From positions 8,556,001 to 8,620,000 of the forward strand of contig OZ176056.1 in NCBI GenBank assembly GCA_964247055.1: a stretch of DNA of 64,000 bases, in the 5' to 3' direction. The position numbers and the translations under genes were made by a program. Below are positions 11,905-22,502 of the stretch, in pieces. The DNA is from Paragordius varius (lineage: Eukaryota; Animalia; Nematomorpha). Numbering within the stretch: the stretch's first letter is position 1; each line of letters begins with the position of its first letter. The notes below the pieces were generated by a model. It did no database searches, was not told where the DNA came from, and was given only the letters and a program-made list of their open reading frames with translations.

Positions 11905-12292
11905 TCAATCTTTACAGTAAATAGGGTTAGAAATATAGAGATAAAAATTCCTTTGTGTACAATATATTAGGAGGATTAACAAAATTAAAAAATCCACACT
12001 CCCAGAAATCGAGATCGAATACATATTGCCAAACGTGTGTTGAATATATAACCGAATTAAAAAATTATGCCAATACTACTCTAATGGTATTTTTAGGATG
12101 CCTTATCCCATAGAAATCTTCAAAATAAAAATGACGCCATCTTATCATCTATAAACCCCGGGGAGAACAGTAACAAACGCAAAAGATAAAAAGAGCCAAG
12201 TGACCCTATTGGTGACATTTAAAGCGCATGAATTACTAATTGCAAAAATATTAAGGATTAAACATTCTCGGCTAAAGCCGCCATAAACTAAT
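11905..12292 (-). pseudogene. Fragments of a hydrophobic (membrane?) protein gene; copy at 45347-45688
   Basis: LVYGGFSRECLILNIFAISNSCALNVTNRVTW(L/I)FLSFAFVTVLPGVY, then ..SVDFLILLILLIYCTQRNFYLYISNPIYCKD*. Unit 2 has a 28 nt GTAAGA..TTTTGAAG segment (45541-45514) between them. Frames do not join cleanly. Confidence 0.35.
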
Positions 12293-12801
12293 CTTATCAA
12301 ATAACAAAGAATTAACATTTAAAATCAAACAGAAGTAGGTTGGCGATGAATTCCTACATTTGGTTCACAAATACTTAAAAGACGTTGGGAATTACTGGTG
12401 ATTTTACTATGTAAATAATACATATAAAAATAAATGAATACCAACAATATAATATTTTTTACTACTCATACATTACTTTCGGCAATTTTGAATTAATAAT
12501 GATATTGATATCTAAATTACATCAAAATACATACGTTTAAAACTATAAGTATAATCAAAAAATGAAAGCTAAACTGTATTACATGCAATTATTAAAGAAT
12601 ATACAGTATTTCGTTATAGTTTTGCTTTGCAGGAATGTATCCATCATGATAAAATGTGGTTATGAATATTTTTAACGGACATTATTATAAATTAGCAAAT
12701 ATTTATTTAATTTTTTCATTTTTTAAACATCATTTGATGAAATTATTACAGCCCAACACTAAATTAATAACCAGAAATAATTAAAACATTTTATTTATCA
12801 A

Positions 12802-12983
12802 TTAGATTGGATAAGCATCTCCAAAATAAGTAATGTTTTTCCACTGTTTGGCACATTCCTTTATCAAGGTATCACCGATCTTATACGATGCCAAAGTTGT
12901 GCCAGATATTTTGAACTGATATTGATTATCACTGCGGTTAAGAGCGGTCAATTTGTTGCAAACATCATTAAAGTATTCATTGT
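12802..12983 (-). pseudogene. Terminal-exon-like fragment of an unknown gene; copy at 46177-46358
   Basis: After a TACAAG acceptor: DNEYFNDVCNKLTALNRSDNQYQFKISGTTLASYKIGDTLIKECAKQWKNITYFGDAYPI*, followed by AATAAA on the same strand. Frame is open in both units. Confidence 0.45.
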
Positions 12984-13712
12984 CTTGTATATTATATATA
13001 TATATATATGTTAACCTCGCTCTCATAATCAAATGCTCAATTCCTTAGAAAAATCCTATATTTTGTCTTAACTATCAGAAAAATTATTTGAATAATACAT
13101 TTAAAATTAATTAGTTTGCTTATATGAAGGTATACAATTCAAACTAGCATATATCATAAAACTATTCTTATGAACCTTAAATTATAAGATAAGAAAGACA
13201 ACGCGTAAAAAAAATTATTTTCCACATAAATTGCTTTTACAAGATCTATATAACATATAATATGTTAATATTGTAATTGATAAACGAGTGTAAATAAAGT
13301 AATAATGATAAAAAAAATTGACACAGCTCGACAACTTAACAATTGAATGGTTAGAAGTTTAAAACTTAGAGTATACAATTTAGTGCAAACCTAAGAGTCG
13401 CAATCAGCTCTTTTTGAAACCGTTTTAAACATAATAAAAACCCAAAATTAGGGACCAAACGTTTCAGGTGGCCATAACATTTAGGAAAAAAAAGTTTTTA
13501 TAACTTTGGGGGAAAATTAAAAACTCTAAAAAAGATTGAGAAGCACTGCAGCGAAAAATGAATGCACGGTCCAGAAAAATAATCGGTTTCAGAATTAAAT
13601 AAAGGAGCACTAAATGACCAACCTGCATTTAATGATTATTTTAAAATCTTACTAATAGAGGAAGAAACAAATATTAGCATCCTAGAAGTTATACTATAAA
13701 ATGTCATTGGTA

Positions 13713-13950
13713 TATACCATTTACCTTAAATTCACCCTTAAACAATTCAAATTTACCCTATAAATATTCAAAAAATTAAATTACCTATATTTTTAAATAT
13801 TTAAAAAAAATAAAATTTTTGGAAAAAATAATATAGCCATAAAGATATATTCCATATGATTAATGATTTATATTAGCCCAAAAACACCTAATTTATTTGT
13901 AGGATGAATTTGAATTGTTCAAGGGTGAATTTGATGATCTTAATGGTATA
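13713..13950. mobile_element. MITE (~240 bp), TA-flanked, Tc1/mariner-like
   Basis: TA|TACCATT..AAATTCACCCTTAAACAATTCAAATT pairs with AATTTGAATTGTTCAAGGGTGAATTT..AATGGTA|TA. Only the left arm survives in unit 2 (~47083-47190). Confidence 0.65.
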
Positions 13951-14070
13951 AAAAATATCATTCTTTAATGTATATATCTTTATTAAAAAATGTATAAGGC
14001 AGGGTTTTTTTATTTTTAAGGCTTATAATAAAAAATTTATTTGCATTTATTATGGTAATTGGTGGATATC

Positions 14071-14627
14071 TTACAGTAAAAACTGTAATTATAACGTACA
14101 AAAAGTAAAAATATAAATAATTTTTTTCCAAACCACCCTACTTTTTGAAATTTAAATACATAAATTATATATTTACAATCATAAAATATATAATTGATTG
14201 TGCTACTAATGTACATCTCTATTTCATATTTCACAATATCTAACAATGATTCAAATTTAAAGTAAAAACTGAAATTACGCGGAAAAAAAGTAAAAATATA
14301 AAGACAAATATTTTTTTCTAAAAGACAACTATACTTTTGAAATCGTATTTTATATAAATCATTGGAATTGTAAAATATGAAATAGAGATATAAGGTAATA
14401 CTATCCATTATATATTTTTTGATAATAATTAAATAATTTATATAGAAAAGTCAAGGTTTAAAAAAGTATGATTGTCTTTTGAAAAAAATAATTATCTTTA
14501 TATATTTACGTTGAGTCCGTATAATTTCAATTTTACTGTAAAAAATTGCGATTGAGCAAGTATGGTTGTCTCTTAAAAAATATTTATCTTTATATTTTAC
14601 ATCCGTATAATTTCAATTACTGTAAAA
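14071..14627. mobile_element. Foldback-like element: two direct and two inverted ~70-90 bp subrepeats (unit 1 only)
   Basis: TTACAGTAAAA..AATTA..GTAAAAATATAAAGA..TTTTTT..AAAAGACAA..ATACTTTT at ~14071 and ~14255; reverse complements at ~14462 and ~14558. Confidence 0.55.
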
Positions 14628-15666
14628 TCGTGGAAGTAGCGCACATTAGGTTTTGTAAAATATTTTCAGTAAAAATTAATGCCCAAAATAAAATATATTG
14701 TAACTATATCTGATCAAAATAACCCTTGTAAAAAATCATTTCTAACAAAAAAATATTTTTAGATGATGATTTTGAATGTAAAAATATGTAATAAAAAACA
14801 GACTATAAGATAAATCAGTATGTAAATTATGGTAAGCAAAAAATGTTTAATCAATTTTAATTGTTAAATGACCAACTTGAGCAAATGGTATTAACTTTTT
14901 TATTTCATGCGAAACTATAGAATTTATAAATTTAAATACTAATGCGAACCATTGATCTCAATTGTTAAAATAAAAAAATTTATGCAAAATTTTCTTAAAA
15001 ATATTTTTTCCACAAATATCTCAAAACCATAAAACTCATCCAGTTAATAAAATAAAACTTTTGAATAATAAATTATTAATGATTGTGTAGCATCAAAAAA
15101 TTGGCATTCGATTGTTTGTAAATATAATCCTATTTAGTGAAACGTAAATAAATGATAGCTATTTCCGCTTTGTGCAAATTTGATAAAAAAATGTTTTTAT
15201 ATAAAGGTTAAAAAAAATTTGAGATGTGTTGGTTAAAAACTTGGTAAATTATGATAATTAAAATTGAAAACTTATACCACAATTATTTAATTATTTGATG
15301 GTAAAGTGCGTCGATTTAAATCCTGTAGCTCCGAGAACGCTATGAAAAATTTCAGAATTTGATAAGTTTTACATTTGCAACTCCTTGCATTTTAAAAAAA
15401 AATAATCAAATTTAAACTGTTATAACCTTTAAATGGGTCATTTTTTGTATTTTTAAAATAATAATTATTAAATGCCTATTTTTGAATTAATTTTTTAAAA
15501 AACCAGTGCCCCTTCAACTATGGGGCCAGGTGCTTCAGCCCCCTTTCTCCCCGATCTAGCTACAACATTTTTCCAAGTATTTCCGCATATACCTGAAACA
15601 TTTAGCTATCGAATGATATATGATTCTTAAAGAAATTTTTGATTGCCATTTTTTTGGCAAATAAAT

Positions 15667-16644
15667 TTAAGAAAAATAAACATTTATATATATGTTATAT
15701 GACATACCTCCCAAGTCAATGAGCAGTGTTTTAGTCCGGTTTTTGGAAAGATTTTCCCAGCCTGATATATTTTTAAGTCCCGAATGGTAGGCTGAGAAGT
15801 AATGTAATGCTGGTAAATTCGACAACTCTGAAATATTTAATGAATCAAATCGATTGTAATTCAAAATTATTTGTTCAATTGATTCATTATATGCAACGTT
15901 TGTAAAGTCAACGGAGGTGATATTACTTTTATGGATAATAAGGGTTTTTAAATGGGGCCATTTTACAATCGGTTTCAAGTCTCGCAACCCCAAAACATAT
16001 AATTCTAAAAATTCAATATTATTTGATTTCATAAATATGTCGGGAGTAACCGTAAAAAAGGTGAGGGTCAAAGATTTTAGGGTTTTAGGGAAATATTGTG
16101 CAGAGTTTATTATGTTTGTATCACGAGGACTCATAGATATGCCTTTTATGGTTAAGGAGCGAATCATAGGGAATTTTCGCAATATGTCAGATAAATCAAA
16201 ATGATCTTCCGACGCGTACAAAATCACTTCTTTCGCGTTTAAATTTTTAGCACCAAAAGTTTTTGTGTATGTAATCACCTTAAGAGTTTCCAATCTAGGC
16301 AAATAAGCTTGCATGGCACTATCATTTGTTGCGTATAGAGTTAATCTCTTTATGCTTGAGTGATTAATATGACCTACCAAACTAACTTTGTCAAGGTATA
16401 AAGTTACGTTTTGCAACATTGGAAAGAGGTGTAAGATGGTCCAATTGAAATCTTTCCCAAAACCTAATATTTTAAGATCAATCGATTCAACCATTGTATG
16501 TGTCGAAGACAATACCTTTAACAACTCATATGTATGATTAATATTTGCATCGTAATCTCGATTGGATATTTTAATATTCCGTAAAGTGAATCCCTCATTC
16601 AAAATGTATTGCGTTGGTGGATAGCACTTGAATGTACTGGTCAT
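15667..16644 (-). CDS. Leucine-rich-repeat protein (large exon, 325-codon ORF)
   Basis: LxxLxLxxN-type repeats: LPRLETLKV, FPMIRSLTIKG, PKTLKSLTLT, WPHLKTLIIHKSNITSV, SIEQIILNYNRFDSL, LPALHYFSAYHSGLKNI. Likely splice donor G|GTATGT at 15708/15707 after IDLGG, so the last 12 residues of the ORF are probably intronic. Confidence 0.8.
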   Translation of the reverse strand: MTSTFKCYPPTQYILNEGFTLRNIKISNRDYDANINHTYELLKVLSSTHTMVESIDLKILGFGKDFNWTILHLFPMLQNVTLYLDKVSLVGHINHSSIKRLTLYATNDSAMQAYLPRLETLKVITYTKTFGAKNLNAKEVILYASEDHFDLSDILRKFPMIRSLTIKGISMSPRDTNIINSAQYFPKTLKSLTLTFFTVTPDIFMKSNNIEFLELYVLGLRDLKPIVKWPHLKTLIIHKSNITSVDFTNVAYNESIEQIILNYNRFDSLNISELSNLPALHYFSAYHSGLKNISGWENLSKNRTKTLLIDLGGMSYNIYINVYFS

Positions 16645-16673
16645 TTAGAACAAAAAGATTTATAATTTTAAAC

Positions 16674-16825
16674 ATCATGTAAATGGTTATCTGATTTATA
16701 TGAAGTTGTGAGTCACATGTGTTAATTTTAATTCTTCGACTGTGCATAGCAAAATAGATAATAAACAGAGCAAAATATTTATATATGCTAAGCAATTTGG
16801 CTGTTTTAAAATATAAAGATTGCAT
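16674..16825 (-). CDS. Putative leader/signal-peptide exon of the LRR gene
   Basis: MQSLYFKTAKLLSIYKYFALFIIYFAMHS.. joins the LRR frame if a 37 nt GTTTAA..ACCAG intron (16673-16637) is removed. The donor is weak. Confidence 0.35.
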
Positions 16826-17010
16826 CTAATTTTAACATAACGTAAATAGTATAGTCTAAATTCTTTAAATATAAGGCTTAAAATGCGGCCTCCGTTTTAT
16901 AAAGTTGCGACCGTAAATATTATCCCGTCAGCAGACAGAACCGTCAATAATTCAAATATAATTGATTGAAAGCAACTATGATCGCAATCAGAAAAATATT
17001 TATAAGTAAA

Positions 17011-17507
17011 GGGTGTTGATAAACTCAAATTCGAAGGCTTGAGGCCTTCTTCTCAAATGGCAACAAGGGATGGGCACATGAATGAAACCAAGCAGCAAGG
17101 ATTGCCGGATTGAAGGATTACGAGGTAAATATATTGTTTAGGTGTATTGGGAGAAACTTTATTGGGGAGGCGTTTACGACGGATCTGTGCAAAGGAGCTA
17201 CTCAACCAGAAGCCCTGAATCGAGGTCCTGGACTTGGGAATGGCCTATCAATGGGATGACATATGGAAAAGAGGTAAACCTAATGTTTAGGTGGGATGGA
17301 TGGCCTTTTGGGGATTCTTGAGACGGAGCTTGTCAAGCCAGCACTACCCCTGATGATCAAAACAAGCTACTTGGGAGCAGGCTTGGTTGTTGGATGGCGA
17401 CTTGCTCGGATCAAACAACACTGCTACCTGGAGGATGGCATTCTGTTGAATGCACAACAAACTCTCATTTTACTTGTGGAGAGTTTTTGGGCCAAATGAC
17501 TCTCTAG
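17011..17507 (+). pseudogene. GC-rich decayed coding island with an internal ~50 aa repeat; copy at 48021-48515
   Basis: EVNILFRCIGRNFIGEAFTTDLCKGATQPEALN and EVNLMFRWDGWPFGDS*DGACQASTTPDDQN lie 149 nt apart. The island ends in GGWHSVECTTNSHFTCGE, which resembles the C-type lectin W-x3-C..F-x-C-E tail. Confidence 0.45.
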
Positions 17508-18677
17508 TGGGAGAATATTTCCTCCTTTGGGGAAAATCAACTCTTGTTATTTTGAGAGAGTTGTTTTCTCCAAACGTGTGAAGGAGGAGGATTTATTTCG
17601 CCCATTAGAGAGTGAGTCAGGCCCCCAAGTCCAATATTTTATTTTGTGCACTCTTACTCCCGGACGCTCAAAAAATAATTTTGGACTTAGAATATTTTTT
17701 AATTTTTTTTTCTCGCCCTTTGGGGGGGGGGGTTATATATATTTATTTATATTTTTTAATTTTTTTTCAAAAAATATAAGATAAAGTAAACATTATTTAT
17801 TGACAATAATTATATATATTCATTTTTCTGTTTATTTTCATTCTTGTCTTGTTGGTTTATTCATGTTTGAGATTATGGTTTGATTGCATTCGTATTTTTG
17901 TTATTCATGATCAACGTTTTAAGATGGTTTCATTGCATTATTCATGTATTTTCTGAATCTATAAAAATTAATAAACATTAGTTTTAGAGATTAAATTTTC
18001 AATGTTATCATAACCTAATTTAAACTAGTAAATCAAATTTTAAATAATTTTTACAATTATTGTCAATTAATTAGCATCTAGAAATTATTAGGAGGTTTAG
18101 AGCACTTATTTTTTATAAATTTTGACGTATGAGCCATTTATTTATATAATAAAATCTTTATTTTAAGATTTAGAGATATTAGCTGTAAACTAACTAATTT
18201 TAGCGGTTAATATTCAATATTAATTCTAAAATCACAATGATTAAAAATTTATTAAAGATGATAAACCTATCCTTAATCTAAGAAATAAACCGACTTTAAC
18301 CCTTAATCTAAGCCTAACCCACAAGTTTGAAAGCCTTTCATTGTTAACCTAAACCGCAATAAAATGAGTTTCAAAAAAATATTTTTATTCTTTTGAATAA
18401 AATAATATCAGCTATTTACAAAAAAATAACTGTTTATAAATATGATCTTCTATTAATTTTGTGGTTTTTAAATAATATTCAGACATATGCGGACTCTTTT
18501 ACTTAGATATCAAATATCATAAAACAAACATAGTGTTAGGGTCAAAACAAATTTAGGAAGGCAATAATATCCTACCTATTATAAAATTATTTATTCAATG
18601 ATTAAAAAACAAGTATTTCATTCAATAATTAACTACAATGGGATCATTTTAAATAATTCCTCTTATCAATTAATTAA

Positions 18678-18797
18678 AAAGAAATGCGTGGGTCTCGGCC
18701 TGCTTCGCAGCCCGAGGAAGTCCTGCGGACTTCTTTAAGGAAATGAACCAACTCCAATCCCTCACCCTAACCCTAGCCCACAAACTCGAAACCCTAA
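18678..18797 (-). mobile_element. G4 + twin-hairpin module, inverted copy
   Basis: Reverse complement of 8593-8710 over ~120 bp; CCCTCACCCTAACCCTAGCCC at 18759-18779. Confidence 0.55.
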
Positions 18798-19056
18798 AAG
18801 TTTTTTACCCCTTATTGTAAAATAAATTTTTGCTAAATACCTTAAAATCCCTACTATTAAAAAGCCATTGATCATGTGTTTAGTATGTTTATTACATGTA
18901 AACCATAAAATAAAACAGTTTAATTAGCAATGTTTACTAGAAATCAAGAGAAAAGGCCATTCATTAAAAGCAAAAATATTTTAAGAATAAATGATCAAGA
19001 ACTATTACATGAAAACGAACATAATAGAAAGCATTTTCAATTACAATATCCATTTA

Positions 19057-19215
19057 AATGGTTGCTTATTTCATACCATAGTAGGGCAATTCTCAACACA
19101 GTAGTGTATGGAAAAACCATACAAAGACTTCAATAAACCATTATTTTCTTCCTTTTTTCCATACAGTACTGTTGTGTTGCAATTTGCCTTACTATTATAG
19201 AAATAAGCAACCATT
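19057..19215. mobile_element. MITE-like element with ~60 bp inverted arms (left arm mostly lost in unit 2)
   Basis: AATGGTTGCTTATTTCATACCATAGTAGGGCAATTCTCAACACAGTAGTGTATGGAAAAA pairs with TTTTTCCATACAGTACTGTTGTGTTGCAATTTGCCTTACTATTATAGAAATAAGCAACCATT. Confidence 0.65.
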
Positions 19216-21389
19216 AAAACATATATTGTAATATAAATTTAAATTAACTGAACACGTTTGAAAAACATCGCCATAGAGATAAAAGTATTTATCGACAATA
19301 ATTAAAGAAAATTCTTAAAGAGATATAAATTAAAATGACAAATAAGACCATTGTTCAAAGTTATTTGAAAAAATGTAATTTATTCAAAAAATTCATTAAT
19401 AAACTATAATAAAGGTATATTATATATTATTTAAATTATGGTATAAATTTATCACCTAATCAATAAAAGTAAATCAAAATATTATTCAATAAACTTGGGA
19501 TTTATAAGAAAATAAAAATAAAAACATTTTACAATAATTTAAATTAATGAATTATTAGTGATAAAAAGGTAAGTATTCTAATATATTCATTAAAATTAGT
19601 TATTTATAATATAATTATTTATAAAAATTACCAAACTAAAAAGAGGTATATTATCTATTTTCTAAATAAAAAACAGCTGAAAAAACTAGTTACCAAAATT
19701 TTAATATTAAACTTAAAATTAATGAAATTTTAAATATACAAAAAATCATTAGTTAAAAAAGTCTTTAATTTAAATTTGTTTATAATTGGTGATAAAAAAT
19801 TTAATTTATATTAATTTTATTTTTACGTTTGACAAATATTACTTGTAGTAATCAAAAATTTTTATAGTTATCAAAAATATAATTATCTAAACAGCTGACC
19901 ATGAAAATTGGCTATTTAATACACTGTAAGACAGAAAAACAGATAAATACAATATTTTAAGTTGATAAAAAAGAGATTCTTATCAATAGATTACTATAGA
20001 AATATTCTAAATTAGTTGTTTGTTGTTCTTATATCTTAGCAAAAATTCTTTAAGAGCCAAAATTTTGAAAAACTCAGGTAACTTTATAAAAAAATATTTA
20101 AATAATGGTTAAGATATACTACCATAATAACTTTTGAGATTTTGACTTTTCCGCGCACACAATGTTCAGAAACCACATCATTCTAATTGAATATAAAATA
20201 ATGTTTAATAATTAAATGAATATTTTTTCTTTAACAGAAATGCTGGTTGTTATATAGTTTTTTCAATCATAGTTAACGGTTTATTAATGATATTTATCGT
20301 TGTTTTAAAAAAATGCGTTCACAAAAACATTATAGCGGTTATTTCTTATTTATTACTAATTAACAAAAAATAAATAAATTGATTAATATTTAGCTTTTTT
20401 AGGAAAAAAAACAAATTAACTATTTATTTTTTAATAAAATTTAGCGTTTTTTGATGAAAATTAGGTTAAATGTAATCATTTATATAAGAATGAAAAACAT
20501 AGTTTTGAAAATATCAAAAACAAACAGCTGTTACGGCTAATTCAATTAAATAGAAAAAAACATATATATTTAGCTAAAATTCTGCTAAAAAAATTTTTTT
20601 TATACTGCCCTGTAGTTTTTCAAAATTATCTTACAGTAATTTATATCAGCTGATTTTTAATAAATATTGGAGAATAATTATTAAATTTGGCTGTTTTAAT
20701 AAAAAAATAGTAATTGCATATTTTGGCTGTAGTTAAAAAATTTTATAAAAAAATATCAGTTTTTAATTATAATTGAACTGTATTATAAAGGATATCAACA
20801 TAACTCTCCTATTAGAAATAGTTAGGGGTTTATTGGTATATAACTATATTATTAAAATCCAACTGTTTCTTAGCGATTAAATAACTTATAAAACAAGGAT
20901 TTTAATTAGGTTATTTATATGCAAATTCAAATTTTTAAAAGGAGCTCTGTTTTAGAGTTTTTTTCAAAAAATATAAGCTAATGAACGGGTATAAAATTTA
21001 AACTGTTTTTAATAAAAATAACTTTTAAAGGGCTTTTTACAAAAAATTACCCTTAACCAAAAAATTAATTAACATTTTTATAAATGGCATTTTGATAATT
21101 TAATAAATACCAAATTTCAATATATATTCAAGCCAACGTTTTCCATTACGATTCGTTTGAGTTTTTGCGAATTCAGGCAACGCATTTCTAAATTAATATA
21201 AGGTATATATATTAACATTGCTATATTAAAATGTATATATTAATAGTATTATAATAAATTAACTGTTTGAATAAATAAACTGTATAAATCATAAATATTT
21301 CACTTTTAATATAAATCAACTGTTATAATAAATCAACTGTTATAGTTGAATCAGTATAAATAAATCATAAATAATTCACTTAAATTAAT

Positions 21390-22030
21390 CAACTGATTAA
21401 TTAAATCAATAACAACTGATTAATTAAAACAACTGATTAATTAAAACAACTGATTAATTAAAACAACTGACTGTAAAAACAACTGATTAATAAAAACAAC
21501 TGATTAATAAAAACAACTGATTAATAAAAACAACTGACTAAAAAACAACTGATTAATTAAAACAACTGATTAATTAAAACAACTGATTAATTAAAACAAC
21601 TGACTGTAAAAACAACTGATTAATAAAAACAACTGATTAATAAAAACAACTGATTAATAAAAACAACTGACTAAAAAACAACTGACTAAAAAAACAACTG
21701 ATTAATAAAAACAACTGACTAAAAAACAACTGACTAAAAAAACAACTGATTAATTAAAACAACTGATTAATTAAAACAACTGATTAATTAAAACAACTGA
21801 TTAATTAAAACAACTGACTGTAAAAACAACTGATTAATAAAAACAACTGATTAATAAAAACAACTGATTAATAAAAACAACTGATTTATAAATACAACTG
21901 ATTTATAAATACAACTGATGATAAAAACAACTGATGATAAAAACAACTGATGATAAAAAAACTGATTGATAAAAACAACTATAAAACTAATTAATAAAAA
22001 CAACTAATTAATAATGACAACTGATAAATT
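21390..22030 (+). repeat. Minisatellite A, unit 2 (roughly 36 copies)
   Basis: Tandem CAACTGATTAAT with blocks of CAACTGACTAA, CAACTGACTGT, CAACTGATTTAT and CAACTGATGAT variants. Confidence 0.97.
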
Positions 22031-22502
22031 AAAAAAACTGCTTAATAAAAATAACTGATAAATTAAAAAACCTGAAATATCAAAACAACTCAAATAAAAA
22101 AACAAATATTTTAAAAAATATTTTGAAACATTTAATATAACTATAATATTAATCAAGAAAACTGTAAAAAATTACCAAATTCAAAAATATCAAGCCAAAA
22201 TTTTTTGCTTTACGATTTGTTTCAGTTTTTGCGCAAATAATTGATTGAGGCAACACATTCTAAAAAAATAATGAAAATAAATAAATTGAATATAAACGAT
22301 TAATTACAATATAATAATTCAAAAAAACGCTATTTTAAGTATGAATGATATGTTTTGTGTTTAATTATCTAAAAAACCAATTTGCTGGCATTCAAGTAAT
22401 TTTGCCGAATTGAGCGAATTAATATTTATAATGAAAGCATTTTTTTAAACTTTCCGATTTTTAGAATTATTATCAGTACAAAATTTGGGTTTATAGGCAT
22501 AT

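Larger units (their letters stand above)
1..20112 (+). repeat. Composite macro-repeat unit 1 (~20.1 kb)
   Basis: The opening sequence GATATACCATAATAACTTTTGAGATTTTGACTTTTCCGCGCAC recurs at ~20113 and ~51006, and downstream blocks recur in the same order and orientation. Confidence 0.95.

Noticed and set aside
14037-14408. 123 aa minus-strand ORF
   Set aside because: F/Y/I/K-rich translation of an AT-rich foldback repeat.
15917-16204. 95 aa plus-strand ORF
   Set aside because: Antisense shadow of the LRR ORF.
17125-17290. Two 17 nt introns (GTAAATATATTGTTTAG and GTAAACCTAATGTTTAG)
   Set aside because: Their similarity is explained by the internal duplication. They read through as EVN..FR, and the third-position pattern favours the unspliced frame.
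17296-17784. ORFs 17296-17499 and 17527-17784 as one TGA-readthrough gene
   Set aside because: They share a frame, but the peptide is unrecognisable, unit 2 has frameshifts, and a different frame shows the coding signal.
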